Of a stretch of 64,000 nucleotides of DNA, positions 50,479 to 62,448 are shown one piece after another. The notes below the pieces were generated by a model. It made no database searches. It was not told where the DNA came from and saw nothing but the letters and a program-made list of their open reading frames with translations. Origin of the DNA: Yuukianura sp. NJ FZ-2021 (lineage: Eukaryota); assembly GCA_046563655.1 (NCBI GenBank), contig CM102289.1, forward strand, positions 496,001 to 560,000. The letters are read 5' to 3'. The position numbers were made by a program, and so were the translations under genes. Positions within the stretch are counted from its first letter, which is position 1; each line of letters opens with the position of its first letter.

Positions 50479-53324
50479 TTACATACGTTGCCTTAACTCA
50501 ATCGATTTTGATCTGCGTATTCTTCTACGAGCACATTTAGTTATTACCCAAGTTACAACTTCTTTTAGTAGAAGTTTCAATTCTTTTCTAAATTTGTTTC
50601 CGAGACATGCGTAGAGGATGAAATTGAGAGCAGAGTTGAGTAGTATGGGGAGAGAGACAATTGTTGCAGCCACTTCAGGCTCCACTCCCTTCAGAATAAA
50701 GTTGAGTTCCAGTGCAGCAGCCAAGGAGTTAAGCAGGATGAACACAAACACAACTGAAAGCAACATTCGAGTCAGCGAAGAGTCATTTGCTGTATTGTGT
50801 GTGGTTGCAGTAAGGCGCCGCTCCCTTGCTGCTTTGGTTACCTATTACACATAGTATGAACAATACATTTTGTTTCTTCAGTATAATGCATAGTATAATT
50901 TTTATAACTTTTGTTTCAAACTTTACAGCCTTAATGATGAGTATGTTGAGTGTGACGATGGCAACAAATGGAATTAAGTAGATGCATAGATACCAGAGCA
51001 GTTGCTGGTAAATGATTTGGTAGAGTGGAAATCTGTGCAACTGACGTGGGAAACTGCTGCTCCACTCTGGTGACGATGCTTCGTAGCTCCATTTCACAAA
51101 TTCCAACCATCGCGGTAAGTTTAGAAATGTTGCAGATCCAAACACTAGCAGTGTGTAACGTCGTGCTTTGCGAATTGTAAAAATTGATGATACATGCAGT
51201 GGATTTGTAATTGCAACAAAGCGTTCCATCGTAAGCAAAACCGTCATATATACCGACGCTGTGTACACTACAAACAGATTATTGTTGTACATATTAAGGA
51301 ATATGTACAATGTATACAACCAACACAAATATTTCAACTTTTAAAAAAATTCTTTCGAAAATTGTGCGAAAATTTAAATTTAATGCTTACTTGTTTTGTT
51401 GATTGGGTATGCGACGAAGCCATTCAAATTTGAGCGGCGGAAATATTCTTGAAACAAATTACTAAATTCCTCTGTCGAAACAAACGACGTAATCAAGTAC
51501 ATGGAATCGCAACATGTGAGTCCCAAGAGGAGTATGCTTGTTGAGCTGCGCATTGTTTTGCGCATGAGCACGACGAAGCTCAAGCAGTTGCAAATAAGCC
51601 CAGTTCCACAAATGCAGTAAACAAACACTATGTAGGTGTTGTAAATTTGTGACAACAATGATGGAGTTATTTCCTCGCTCCTGAATCCGTGTAATTGAAA
51701 ATACGTTGCAATCCTGTACTCTTTTTTGAGTACTTTAATGGAAGAGGATTGGTATACCACTCATAACCATCTACCATGTAATAAAAGTCAAGTAATTGGT
51801 CTCCTTCAAAAATGTCTTCGCGAAATGTTGCGTTTAAAAGTGTTTTTATGATGGTTTTAAATTGAGCTTTGATTTTGGCTGCTGCGGCATACTTAGATTT
51901 TTTGATGACAATTTTCCCAATTCGGAGTTTTACAAATTTCGAAAGCAAGCTTTGAGATGAGATTACATCTTCTAAATCCATCTTAACTTCATATAAACTT
52001 GGAAAAATACTGCTAATATAGTCTAAAAATATGTCGTCAATTTTACACATCATGAGTGTCAATGATCCGATACGTGGCAAAGGCGTCACTGGCACCATTT
52101 TGACTCTAACGTCAACAAACTGCAATTCTAACACCGCTAGTGACCTTAATCCGGGTGACTCCAGGTCAACTTCTGGACATTCTTCATCCAAATACTGACA
52201 GTCGATGAGCAGACGATACAATTCATTGCGTCTCAAAATATCATCTAATGAAGTATTCCACAAATACGCATTCAATAGGTACAGATCTCCAAATTCTTTG
52301 GGTAAACTGAAAACTCCGAGGTCTAGGTCACCAAATTCCACGCTAAAACTCGATAGTTGGGGGAATTGACGCAAGTGAGGAGGAGCCGAGTTGTACCGGA
52401 AACTCAAATATTTTGTACTAATGTAGACGAGAGATTTTGCGGGGAGAAGTGCGACGTCAATTGCTTCAGGAACTTTGCTATAAATGGTTAGATAATGAAG
52501 GTCAATAGCGGACTTTATTAGTTGTGACATTGTGCCGCCGATGAGGTCATTGTATCTCAAGTCTATATCTGTGACAGAGGTCAAGTTCAATAACGTTATG
52601 TCAATGGTGCAGTACCATGCTATGAACTTTTCAACCTTTGGGATAATGCTGTACAGGAGTCTCCAACTGGCGTCATCTTTAACATTTTCTACTACCAACC
52701 TCCGATTGATCCAGTGGAACGATCCGCGATGTGGAGTAGCATAAGAGATAAAAATTCGTACATTCTGGAGGGCATTGACTAGTCCTGTTCCAGTGCTTGT
52801 ATTTGTATAAAAAAAGATCACTGACTCTAGCGTTTCGCTGGCACTCCAAACATAATGTGGATCATCAATTTGCTCAAATTCAAATTTTTTTAAATTGGGA
52901 AGGTAAATCTTTTCAAAATTCGTGTCCGTTTTCCACTCCCACTGTACGCTCGTCAACTTCAACCTTGTCAAATTGGTACAATTCGTTAAAAACATTGCGA
53001 GTGTGGATCTTCTCACGCGCACATATTTCAATTCCACTTCTGTTAGTGCACAGTGACCATCAACTGTTAACATTTTCCCAACTCGGTCGAAATCCTCCAG
53101 AAAAGTTTTGTTTCCCTCAAGTGCTACTTTATTTGCCTTTAAAAACAAAAATATATTGTATGTAATATATTCTATTCTTATGTTTAAAAATATCTACTCG
53201 TTCTATATAAATTTATATCAATATTTAGGATCCTGCTAAATCCTGATGCAGTCACAGTGATACGCCAATCCCCCTTCACTTGTGAAACAACCAAACATAC
53301 TAACAAATTTATGAACAAATTCAT
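50479..53324 (-). pseudogene. LRR-like ectodomain/FMRFamide-receptor-like GPCR copy A, with a single frameshift
   Basis: complement(join(50479..50841,50927..51267,51391..53136,53256..53324)). The frame break can be repaired at the T6 run 51722-51727: one extra base gives YSKKEYRI, matching FKKEFRI in copy B. May be an assembly indel rather than a true pseudogene. Confidence 0.65.
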
Positions 53325-53562
53325 GTTTCAAATTCAATTTCAAATTCCTGGTTTGAAAATTGGACGCCAAATTTTGCACCTCGAACGCCTTTTTACTTTC
53401 TGAAAGCAAGACAAATAAAGAAGTCCTGAATATATCCGAGTTTTTAAAATAAAAATTTCGATCTAGTTTAATTGTCATTTGCTACGCATCAACTAATTAA
53501 CTTGCTAATTGAATTTTATAATAACCTTTTTTAAGTTACAAATTGACTAATACGTAAGGGAG

Positions 53563-53829
53563 TAAGGTTCCTATAGCAACAAAATAGCTCTTTTTTCACA
53601 CGTTACGCAATAAGTCCTGCTTTCGAAAAATCTCGCCCCAAACATTTTTACCCTCCAATTTTCTTCCAATTGGATCACATACCATTGCAAATCAAATTTT
53701 ACAAAGATTGCAAATCATTGTCATAGAAAAGAACCAAGTTTTGCTAATTTTTTAAACCTAATTTGAAAAGTTGGAGTTATTGCCTAACCTGTTCAAGAAA
53801 AAAACTATTTTCTTGTTTACGAACCTTGG
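53563..53829. mobile_element. MITE family AAGGTTC...GAACCTTGG (degenerate copy)
   Basis: Shares the terminal GTTATTG..AACCTG...ACGAACCTTGG with the copies at 58744 and 60998. Confidence 0.6.
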
Positions 53830-53844
53830 TACGAACGAATAAAT

Positions 53845-54016
53845 TGGTTGAGAATCAGAGTGATCTGGAAGGCGAACTACAGCTTCACCACCACCTACAT
53901 ATTATATACATTATATATTATATATAATAATATGCAAAATAGATTAATGATATCATGTAATATGCAATATGTTTAAGTTGTATAATATTAAATTTTACCT
54001 GCTGCATATGAGCCAT
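53845..54016 (-). pseudogene. Truncated LITAF-domain gene remnant
   Basis: MAHMQQ exon and GGGEAVVRLPDHSDSQP exon paralogous to 59647-60099; exon-1 phase is changed and the gene is cut off next to a MITE. Confidence 0.8.
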
Positions 54017-54506
54017 TTCTTATACAGTGAGTAAAGTTTCAAAGGAGTCTAAAGTTTACTTTTAAGTTTGAATGCAGTAAAGTTAGTCCAAAAATTTTCA
54101 GAAAACTTTTTTAAGAAAAGTCAATGATATTTTCCTGTTAGTCGTTTTTTCACAATAAAAGCAAACGTTTCGTTACATGCTATAGCGTGTAATGATCGCG
54201 TTTATGTATAAATACTTTGTAAATTTCTGCTTAAAAACAGTTTAGTTGCGTCAACGGAAACTTGCGGTTTCCTCTAAAATGTTGTAAAATGTAACTTCCA
54301 AAGAAGTATAAAAATCCATTGAGTCCTGGATAATAAAAACTAGATTTCTGCTTTGCCTTTAAAAAAAATTGGAATTGAATGTTGCAATTTTTTGAATGAC
54401 TGGCAATTTAATTGAAAGCTTCACACAAACTCCGCTAGTTTCGATTCAATTTTTTTAACTTTTTCAAAAATCCGTTTTTTATTAAAGATGTTTCAAAATT
54501 TTGTTG

Positions 54507-55164
54507 TCATTTGGTCAATGTGCAGTTGGTTATGTAATTCCTTAAGTCTTGATTTTGGCAATGTTGCTTCCAACCGGCCCTGGAAATAAAAATGTTTTCA
54601 TAAAATTTCATAGATTTCATACTTAAAGTGTGGCACTCAAAATTTCAAACACGAAACAAAAAACTTGCCATGCATCAAATCCATTTCCAGTTTTTTCTTT
54701 CGTAATTCTGAAAATCCTGCGTGCACAAATGGCGTCATCTCGAATGTCGTCGTCTTCTAGTTGTGAGCACTTGAGGCCGCATGCGCCGTCCACTTTTTCT
54801 CTTGCACACCAAAATTTATCGCTGATTTGAAAAAGTCCGTGGTCAAAACTTCCATCTTGATTTAACTTCCCAACTGCTGCCGTGTCAAAGTTAGACTCCC
54901 ATCGAATCAAACAAATCCCTCAAAAAAAATTAAAACAATTATTGCACGGAACTCTATTTTTCAAAATGGAATTCCCATCTGCTGCGTATTTCGGTCACTT
55001 TGCTCAAACTTACAGTTTGTTATATCCGTTTTGGTAAACCGATATTTTTCAATCAGTTCTTGTGCAAGGTCACATGGTTTATACACTTTTGATTCCGCAA
55101 CTTCTAAAACTGACAAAACAAGGAACAAAATTTGCACAAAGTCGCAAAAGTTTTTGTCAATCAT
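54507..55164 (-). CDS. C-type lysozyme, ~157 aa
   Basis: complement(join(54507..54579,54669..54918,55014..55164)). Signal peptide, KVYKPCDLAQEL, WICLIRWES (catalytic Glu), DGSFDHGLFQISDKFWC (catalytic Asp), GFDAW|AGWKQHC. The second intron has a GC donor. Confidence 0.93.
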
Positions 55165-55981
55165 GTTTCTTCAAGTAGATGCAAATTTTCCAAATTGGTT
55201 CCCTGCCACTACAACTGAAACTATACTCCTCATGAGACAAATTTAGCCTTAGACCAAACGGGTAAAATTTGCGGATGATCTTCAGAATACTAAATACAAA
55301 CAAAAATCCATTTGTATGGAAATTTGCGTCTCAAGGGCAAGGCTACAAGCAGATGCTTTGAGGTTAATCACATCCAAATACTAAATTTTGAAAAGGAACT
55401 TGTTTGGTTTTCCCACACGTTAAAAAATTATTTTATTTTTTAAGATTTTATTATACTTGTAGTAATTCCTCATTTGTTGCAAAGAACTTCAAATAACTCA
55501 CAAAAAAATATAACAAATAAAATATTTGTTATTTATGTTTTTGTACTTGAATATTAATTAATGTATTAATAAATACTTATCAATGTCCTATTGTAGTATA
55601 TTATAATATCAAAATAGTATTCAATTTACCTTGATCAATGCCAAGGCTTTTGATTTAATTTTTCTCAACAGGTTGCGTCATATCATATCATAACTTGTCT
55701 TTTCCTAGATTTTACAAATATTAAAATTTGATTTCAAGTTCTCGTAACCATAACGTTATTCACGAATTTTGAAAAATTTTACATACGAACCAGAATGCTT
55801 TGCATTCCTGCTGGGGCTTCGCGGAATCATGAAAAGTTGTGAAGTGAAGAGTGTCGTTGATTTTGATTGAAAAAAAGAGTAAACAACTAAGGTATTACAC
55901 AACCTGTTAAGGAATAGTAAATCGTTGTCAAGGAACCTTCCTGCGTTATCAATGATAAGGTTAACGTTAGTTGTATACCTA

Positions 55982-58900
55982 CTATGTTACTCTGGGTTGC
56001 CTTAACTCAATTGAGTTAGATCTGCGTATTGCTCCGAGACTAAATTTGGTTGAAATCCAAGTTCCAACTTCTGACAACAGCAGTTTCAATTCGGCGCGAA
56101 ACTTCCTGCCCATAACGCAGTAAAGGATGAAATTGACAGCAGAATTGATGAGTATTGGTAGACAGACAATTGTTGCTGTCACTTCAGGCTCCACTCCCTT
56201 CAGAATAAAGTTGAGTTCCAGTGCAGCAGCCAAGGAGTTGCATAAAATAAACACAAACACAACAGAAAGCAACATTCTGGTCAAGGAACTGTCATGCGCT
56301 GTACTATGTGTGGTTGCAGTAAGGCGCCGCTCTTTTGCTGCTTTTGTTACCTTAAACATAACATGACACTACATTTTATTACTTTAGTTTTGTATTTTTA
56401 TAACTTTTGTTCTAAATTTACCGTCTTAATGATGAGTATGTTGAGTGTGACGATGGAAACAAAGGGAATGAAGTAGATGCATGCATACCAGAGCAGTTGC
56501 TGGTAAATGATTTGGTAGAGTGGAAATCTGTGCAACTGACGAGGGAAATATCTGCTCCACTCAGGAGAAGACGCTTCGTAGCTCCATTTTACAAATTCCA
56601 ACCAACGCGGCAAATTCAAAAATGTTGCAAATCCAAATACTAGCAGTGTGTAACGTCGGGCCTTCCGAATTGTAAAAATGGATGACACTTGCAGTGGTTT
56701 AGAAATTGCAACAAAGCGCTCCACCGTAATCAAAATCGTCATGTAAACCGACGCTGTGTACACTAAAACATAACATACATTAATTTCAAATTTGTGAATT
56801 ATAGAAATGTGTAGCTTGTGAAATTTTTCTTTCAATAGATAAAAATTTAAATCATACTTGTTTTGTTGATTGGATAAGCGAAGTATCCGTTCAAATTTGA
56901 CCGCACGTACTTTTCATAAAACAAATTGCTGAATTCCTCTGCCGTGACAAATGATGTAACCAAGTACATTGAATCGCAAATTGTAAGTGCAAAGAGAAGT
57001 GCGCCTGTTGAGCTGCGCATTGCTTTGCGCATGAGCACAACGAAGCTTAAGCTGTTACAAACAAGGCCAATGCCACAAATGCAGTAAACAAATGTCATGT
57101 ATGTGTAGTAAATTTGAGGCAGAATTGTTGATTTTAATGCCTCTTGTGAAAATCCCTTCCAAAGTGCCATGATTCTGAATTCCTTCTTGAAACCACCAGA
57201 TAAATCTTCTTTCCGAAACCGATACTTTGGTCTACCGTCAAATGAAAACACTAGTACATTTTGTCCTACAAAGGCGTTGTCGGGCAACGTTGCGTTTAAA
57301 ACCGTTTTTATGACCGAACTAAATTGACTTTTGACTTTGGTTCCAGGCTCAAAGAAATTCGTGTTGATATAAATGAAGCGAGGGCGGAGTTTTACAACTT
57401 CCAGAAACAACCTTTCAGATAAAACGTCCTCTATGTCAAACGTAACCGATTCTAAACGGACAAAAATACTACTAAAATTGTCTAACACTGTGTCGTCAAT
57501 TTTACACCGTACTAGTGTCAACATGTCCAAATTCAAGGGCCACATCGGTAACTTCTTAACTGTAACTTCAACAGACTCTAAGCGTAACCTTTCCAATGAC
57601 CTAAGTTGGGGTGACCCCAGGTCAACTACAGGACTCTCTTCGTCTAAATACTGCCAGTTGATGGACAAATCTTTCGGTTCATAATGTTTCCAAATATCAT
57701 CTACTGTGGAGTTCCACAAATATGAATTGGAGAAATCCAAGAGTCTGATAACATTTGTAGACAAATTGAAAAGGTTAATGTCAATGTCAGCATATTTCAC
57801 ACTCAAAACCTGTAGTTTGGGGAAGTGTGGCAACTGAGTAGGCGCCGAGGTGTAGCGAAAACTCAACGATTCTGTTTGAATTTCCTCGAGCGATTTGGCG
57901 GGAAGATGTGCGACGTCAATGGCTTCATGAACTTTGCAATGAATGCCTATAATTTCAAGAACAACAGCAGACTCTATAAGTTGGGAAACAGTGCCACCAA
58001 CGATGTCATTAAATATCAAGGTCAGACTCGTGGCTGAGGTCAAGGTCAATGACCTCACGTCAAGTGTGCTGCCAGAGGCGAAGAAAAATTGAACGTTCGG
58101 GGTCACGGGGCACAACAGTTTCCAAATTGAGATATCTTTAATATTGGATGCCACCAACTGTGAATTGCTAAGTTTCAAAGACCCGTCTTGTGGAGTGGAG
58201 CAGTAAATGTCAAAGTTCAAATTCTGAAGAACTGGAATTATTCCAGTGTTTGTATTTGTGTAAAAGAAGATGACTGATTCTAGAGTTTCGCGGACGGTCC
58301 CAACATAGAGCGGATCATGGATTTGAGAAAATGCAAACTTTTTCAAATTTGGAAGATGAATTTTTTCAAAATTTGGATCCGATTTCCAGTCCCAGTCTAC
58401 TTGCCACAAATTCAAAGTCGCCAAATTGGTACAATTGGCTAAAAAATTTGCAAGTTGGGACCTCGTCACACGGACAAACATCAAGTCCACTTCTATTAGT
58501 CCGCACTCACCATCGAGAGTTAATTTTTTCTCCAAACCGTCGATTTCCTCCAGAAAAGCTTGTTGTCCTACCACTACCATTTTATGTTCCTTTAAAAATT
58601 AAGAAAATTTTGTAATATACAGTTGTACTTCTTTTAAATACGTATATGCGTAATAATATGTATATGGTATATGCAGTATACATTTAAATTTTTAACTTTA
58701 TAATATTAAATATACATTATTTCATAATTTAGATACTTATACACAAGGTTCCTTGACAACGGGAAATAACCTTTGTTATCTTCTACAACAGGTTGTCCAA
58801 TAACTTAGGGTTTTAAAAAATCGTACTTGAAACAAACTTCTGCACCAATTTTGTTTATTCTTTTTCGCCAATGTTTTTCCCACTAAATGGCATAGGAACA

Positions 58901-59124
58901 AAAAAGTCAAAAATTGTCATAGAGATGGAGGTCCTTTTTATTTTTGAAATTTTTTACACAAAATTGATCAACCCGGTTATTGGACAACCTGGGGTAGAAA
59001 AAACGTTTTCTTTGCTTACGAACCTTGGTTATACATTTGTTTAGATAGAACTTACAGTGATACCCCATTCGGCCTTCACTTTTGAAATAACCACAAACAC
59101 TAAGAAATTTATGAAGAAATTCAT
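55982..59124 (-). CDS. Signal peptide + LRR-like ectodomain + FMRFamide-receptor-like GPCR, copy B (intact), ~836 aa
   Basis: complement(join(55982..56350,56422..56762,56858..58589,59056..59124)). Signal MNFFINFLVFVVISKVKA; Leu-rich repeats (e.g. LTLTSATSLTL, FPKLQVLSV, LRSLERLRL); then GIGLVCNSLSFVVLMRKAMRSST, LTICDSMYL, YTASVYMTILITVERF, NLPRWLE, TRMLLSVVFVFILCN, INSAVNFILYCVMGRKFR. Confidence 0.85.
58744..59028. mobile_element. MITE family CAAGGTTC...GAACCTTG in intron 1 of GPCR copy B
   Basis: Terminal CAAGGTTC/GAACCTTG plus internal inverted CAGGTTGTCCAATAAC/GTTATTGGACAACCTG. Confidence 0.75.
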
Positions 59125-59646
59125 GTTTTGGCTTGAATTTCCAATGTTCGCGCTAGAAAATTTTGTTTGCCTAACCAACTTTTGCTTTCTGAAATTAAAA
59201 CAGGGAAGGAAGTGTTGAATTTATCCAAATCTGTAAAATAAAAATTTCGGTGTTAGTTTAATTGACTTCCGCTGCGCACAAACTAACTAACTGTGTTGCT
59301 AATTAAATTTTATTATAAACTTTTTTTTAATTTAGAAATTCACTAATTCGTACTCAAGCAGAATTAAAGCCGGAAAAATTAGTTCCTCAATTCATTAACA
59401 AATTTCCCGCCACAAATTTTTTGCAGGTAAAAGTGAACCACAAGTTTCTAGAAAAATTTGAAACATACGGCGTGTAAAAAAATTACTTAAAATTTTTTCT
59501 AAACGAAAAAGAACATGCGAACTGTTAAGACTAAAAAGAATGTGTTTATTTTGTAGTGTTACAATGCCAAAGGTCAATTCAAGGTCACGTACTATTGTGT
59601 TTGAACTTGGATAAACCTACGTTATAGTTCAGTTGTCTCAAAACCG

Positions 59647-60099
59647 TTAGAATGGCGTGTGTTTTCCGAGAAGGGCGTTGCAATTTGGACATTTGTGTTC
59701 AACATCTTGACAGCAACAAAGTGCCCAACATCCAAACCTGCAACAATCGTGTATTTAGTATTACTTTTTAGCATGTAATAACTAATATGCATTAAAATAT
59801 TTTATATATTTAAGTTAAAAAACAATTTTTCTTACAACACGCAGCAAATGGGGTTGCAGGACTCCGTTGTTGAAGTTCTGACATGCGCCTTGCAGACGTT
59901 GCACACAAGGTCCATCGGTTGAGCGTCAAAGTGATCTGGCAGACGAACTACACCTCCACCACCACCTTCATATTAGTTAAATAATATATTATATATAATA
60001 ATATACAAAATAGATTAATATATAATTACATATTGTAATATGTAATATGTCACGCGTAAGTTACTATTTTATTTTACCTGGTTGTTGCATATGAGCCAT
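59647..60099 (-). CDS. Minimal LITAF-domain (zinc ribbon) protein, 80 aa
   Basis: complement(join(59647..59737,59836..59965,60078..60099)): ..QPMDLVCNVCKAHVRTSTT..PICCVLFGCWALCCCQDVEHKCPNCNALLGKH; CxxC...HxCxxC signature. Absent from the ORF track. Confidence 0.88.
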
Positions 60100-60501
60100 T
60101 CTTTATAAAGCGAGTAACTCTCCCCAAAACCTTGAAATTTACTTTTAGTTGGAACGTTGTAAAATTTGAGCTAAAACTTCAACAAAACTTTTCTGGTGAA
60201 TGATATTTTCCTTTTAGTGACCTTTTCACATTAAAAGCAAACACTTTTCATTACATGCTATAGCGTGTGATGATTGCGTGCATTTGGAAATATATAAATT
60301 TCTAATTAAAAAGAAAGCCTACATACGTCAAGGGAAGTTTGTGGTTTCCTGTAAAATATAACTTTTTACAAAACATAAAAATCCAATGGGTTCTGGATAA
60401 TGAAAACTAAAATTCTGAGAATTCATAATTCATTTGCCAGAGGCTAAAATTGTTTTAAAATTTTATCTTTCGATTTATTGCAACTTTTTCAGTTTTCTTA
60501 T

Positions 60502-62448
60502 TTAGTTACCACCTTTTTTCTCAAAAGTCAATTCCTTTTCCAGCAGGGCCGTAACTTCTTCAGGTTCAGGCACAGGTTGAGGCGCAGGGCAAATTTGAAT
60601 TTCCGCAGCACTTTCCCGATCTTCGATGACTTTCATTGCTTCGTCACAGGCATTGGCCATCAAATCTTGGCGTGTCGCCAGGGCATACAACATTGACTCT
60701 CGAATGTGACTGGATCTTCCAAAGATTAAGTTTGCAGAACACCGATCACCTTATTAAAATAACATATTTTATAAACATTTTACTAAATATGTTATAAATA
60801 TATTAATAAAATATAAATTATAAATATACCAAGAATTCTTCCCAAGGTTTGACGGTACTGAGCCATTGACGACATGTTGTCCAGCACAAACACGCGAGTA
60901 TGGATTTGGCCAGGCTCCATCAGGCGAGCCAAAATTTCGACACGCGGATTAATTCCTAAGAAAAAAAATTTTGAAAAAAATTTTTTTTGGGAAATTTCAA
61001 GGATCCTTCACAAAAAGATTGTATTTCCTACAGCAGGTTGTCCAATAACTCAGGATGTTCAAAAAAGTTTCTTCAAACAACTTTTAGCACCAATCCCATT
61101 TTGACTACATGTAAAAAATTACCATGGAAAGGCAGATTTGCTACTTGCAAACAAATTTTAAAACTTCAAGTTATTGGACAACCTGTCGTAGAAAAAGTTT
61201 TCTTTTTGTTGACGAACCTTGGGAATTTTTTTTTGAAATTTTTACCTGATACAGGCCACACAGTTGGCACGACGACATACAATTTTTCCCATTCAGGCCC
61301 CATTTCCTCCTTGATTTTTTTGAGTTCCGGGTAAAGCGAGTTTGCTTGAATTGTCGCCGCTTCTTTAATGTTATTCGGAACATAAAGGTCCATTTCCTCT
61401 GCAAATTTTTGAAAATCTTCAACGGAACAATTTCCCGCTGCAATCCAAGCTTCTAAATACTTCTCCACGATTCCATACATGATCTTAGCAGTTTCCAGAA
61501 TGTGCTGTTCGTTTTGTTCAAATTGAACTTTGGGGTTGTTTGCCGCCTTGTGAGCCTCTTTGACCTTGGTCAACAACAGAGAAGCATCGCCTGTCTCCAG
61601 CCCATTTTCACACCGAAACCATGGTGACACGACGACAAAGACGCTTGGAGTCATGTGACTCAAGTTTTTAAGCAACTCATAAGATGGTGGGGTGGGCACA
61701 ATCCGCTGAATACTCAGATTTCTCTGATATATGGTGATCATGCCACCAACTCCGCCGGGTACTCCGTCGTCAGCATCAGAAAGCAACATTACCGGAAAAA
61801 CGTTGTTTCCGATATTGGTCATCATGCGCTTGTACAATTCACGCGTTTGGAGATGAACGTTTCGCGCTGCGAGACGAAAATTCGTCGTGGCGTTTCCACG
61901 AAACGCCGAAAAGTCCGTGTACTCTTCCTTTTCCGCTTCTATTATTGCCAGCATCTTTTCAAATTCGTAGCCTTGGCTGGTTGGCAGAATAGGCCTATCA
62001 AAGTAATTAATTTATGATTAAAATAGGACATATTAAATCTTTTGTAATATAAATAAGGTATAAATACATGTTAAGTTAATTTCAACTGTTGATAGTGTAA
62101 CGACATCACAAAAAAGCAATGCAGGCACTAGGAATCGAACCACCATGACTTTAATACAATGTGAAAGCATAAACCATTTAGCCAAGTCCATTTGGCTAGT
62201 TGCAAGTTTTAAATAATTGTGTTTTAGGGTACTTACTGTGTTGATCGTTGGTGAGGAGCGTTCCATAGTCCTTCAATGTATGCCTTCAAGGGACAACCTT
62301 TCAACTAAAAACAGTTAAATTTAATTAATGGAAATAAATAAGTTTTCAAGTGGTGTAAAAGTTAATTTCAGTTTTTAATAAAATATATAAATATTTTGGT
62401 ATAAAAATATTTCGGCCTTACGGCGTCAGTAGGAGCATCGTCGGCCAT
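60502..62448 (-). CDS. Uncharacterised ~405 aa protein resembling a bacterial family (candidate HGT)
   Basis: complement(join(60502..60749,60830..60955,61246..61994,62237..62304,62422..62448)), frame-consistent. Motifs PPSYELLKNLSH, WEKLYVVVPTVWPVSGINPR, LGRILGDR..ANLIFG and DLM. Confidence 0.75.
60998..61222. mobile_element. MITE of the same family as 58744-59028 (intron 3 of the 60502-62448 gene)
   Basis: CAAGGATCC...CAGGTTGTCCAATAACT ... AGTTATTGGACAACCTG...GAACCTTG. Confidence 0.75.
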
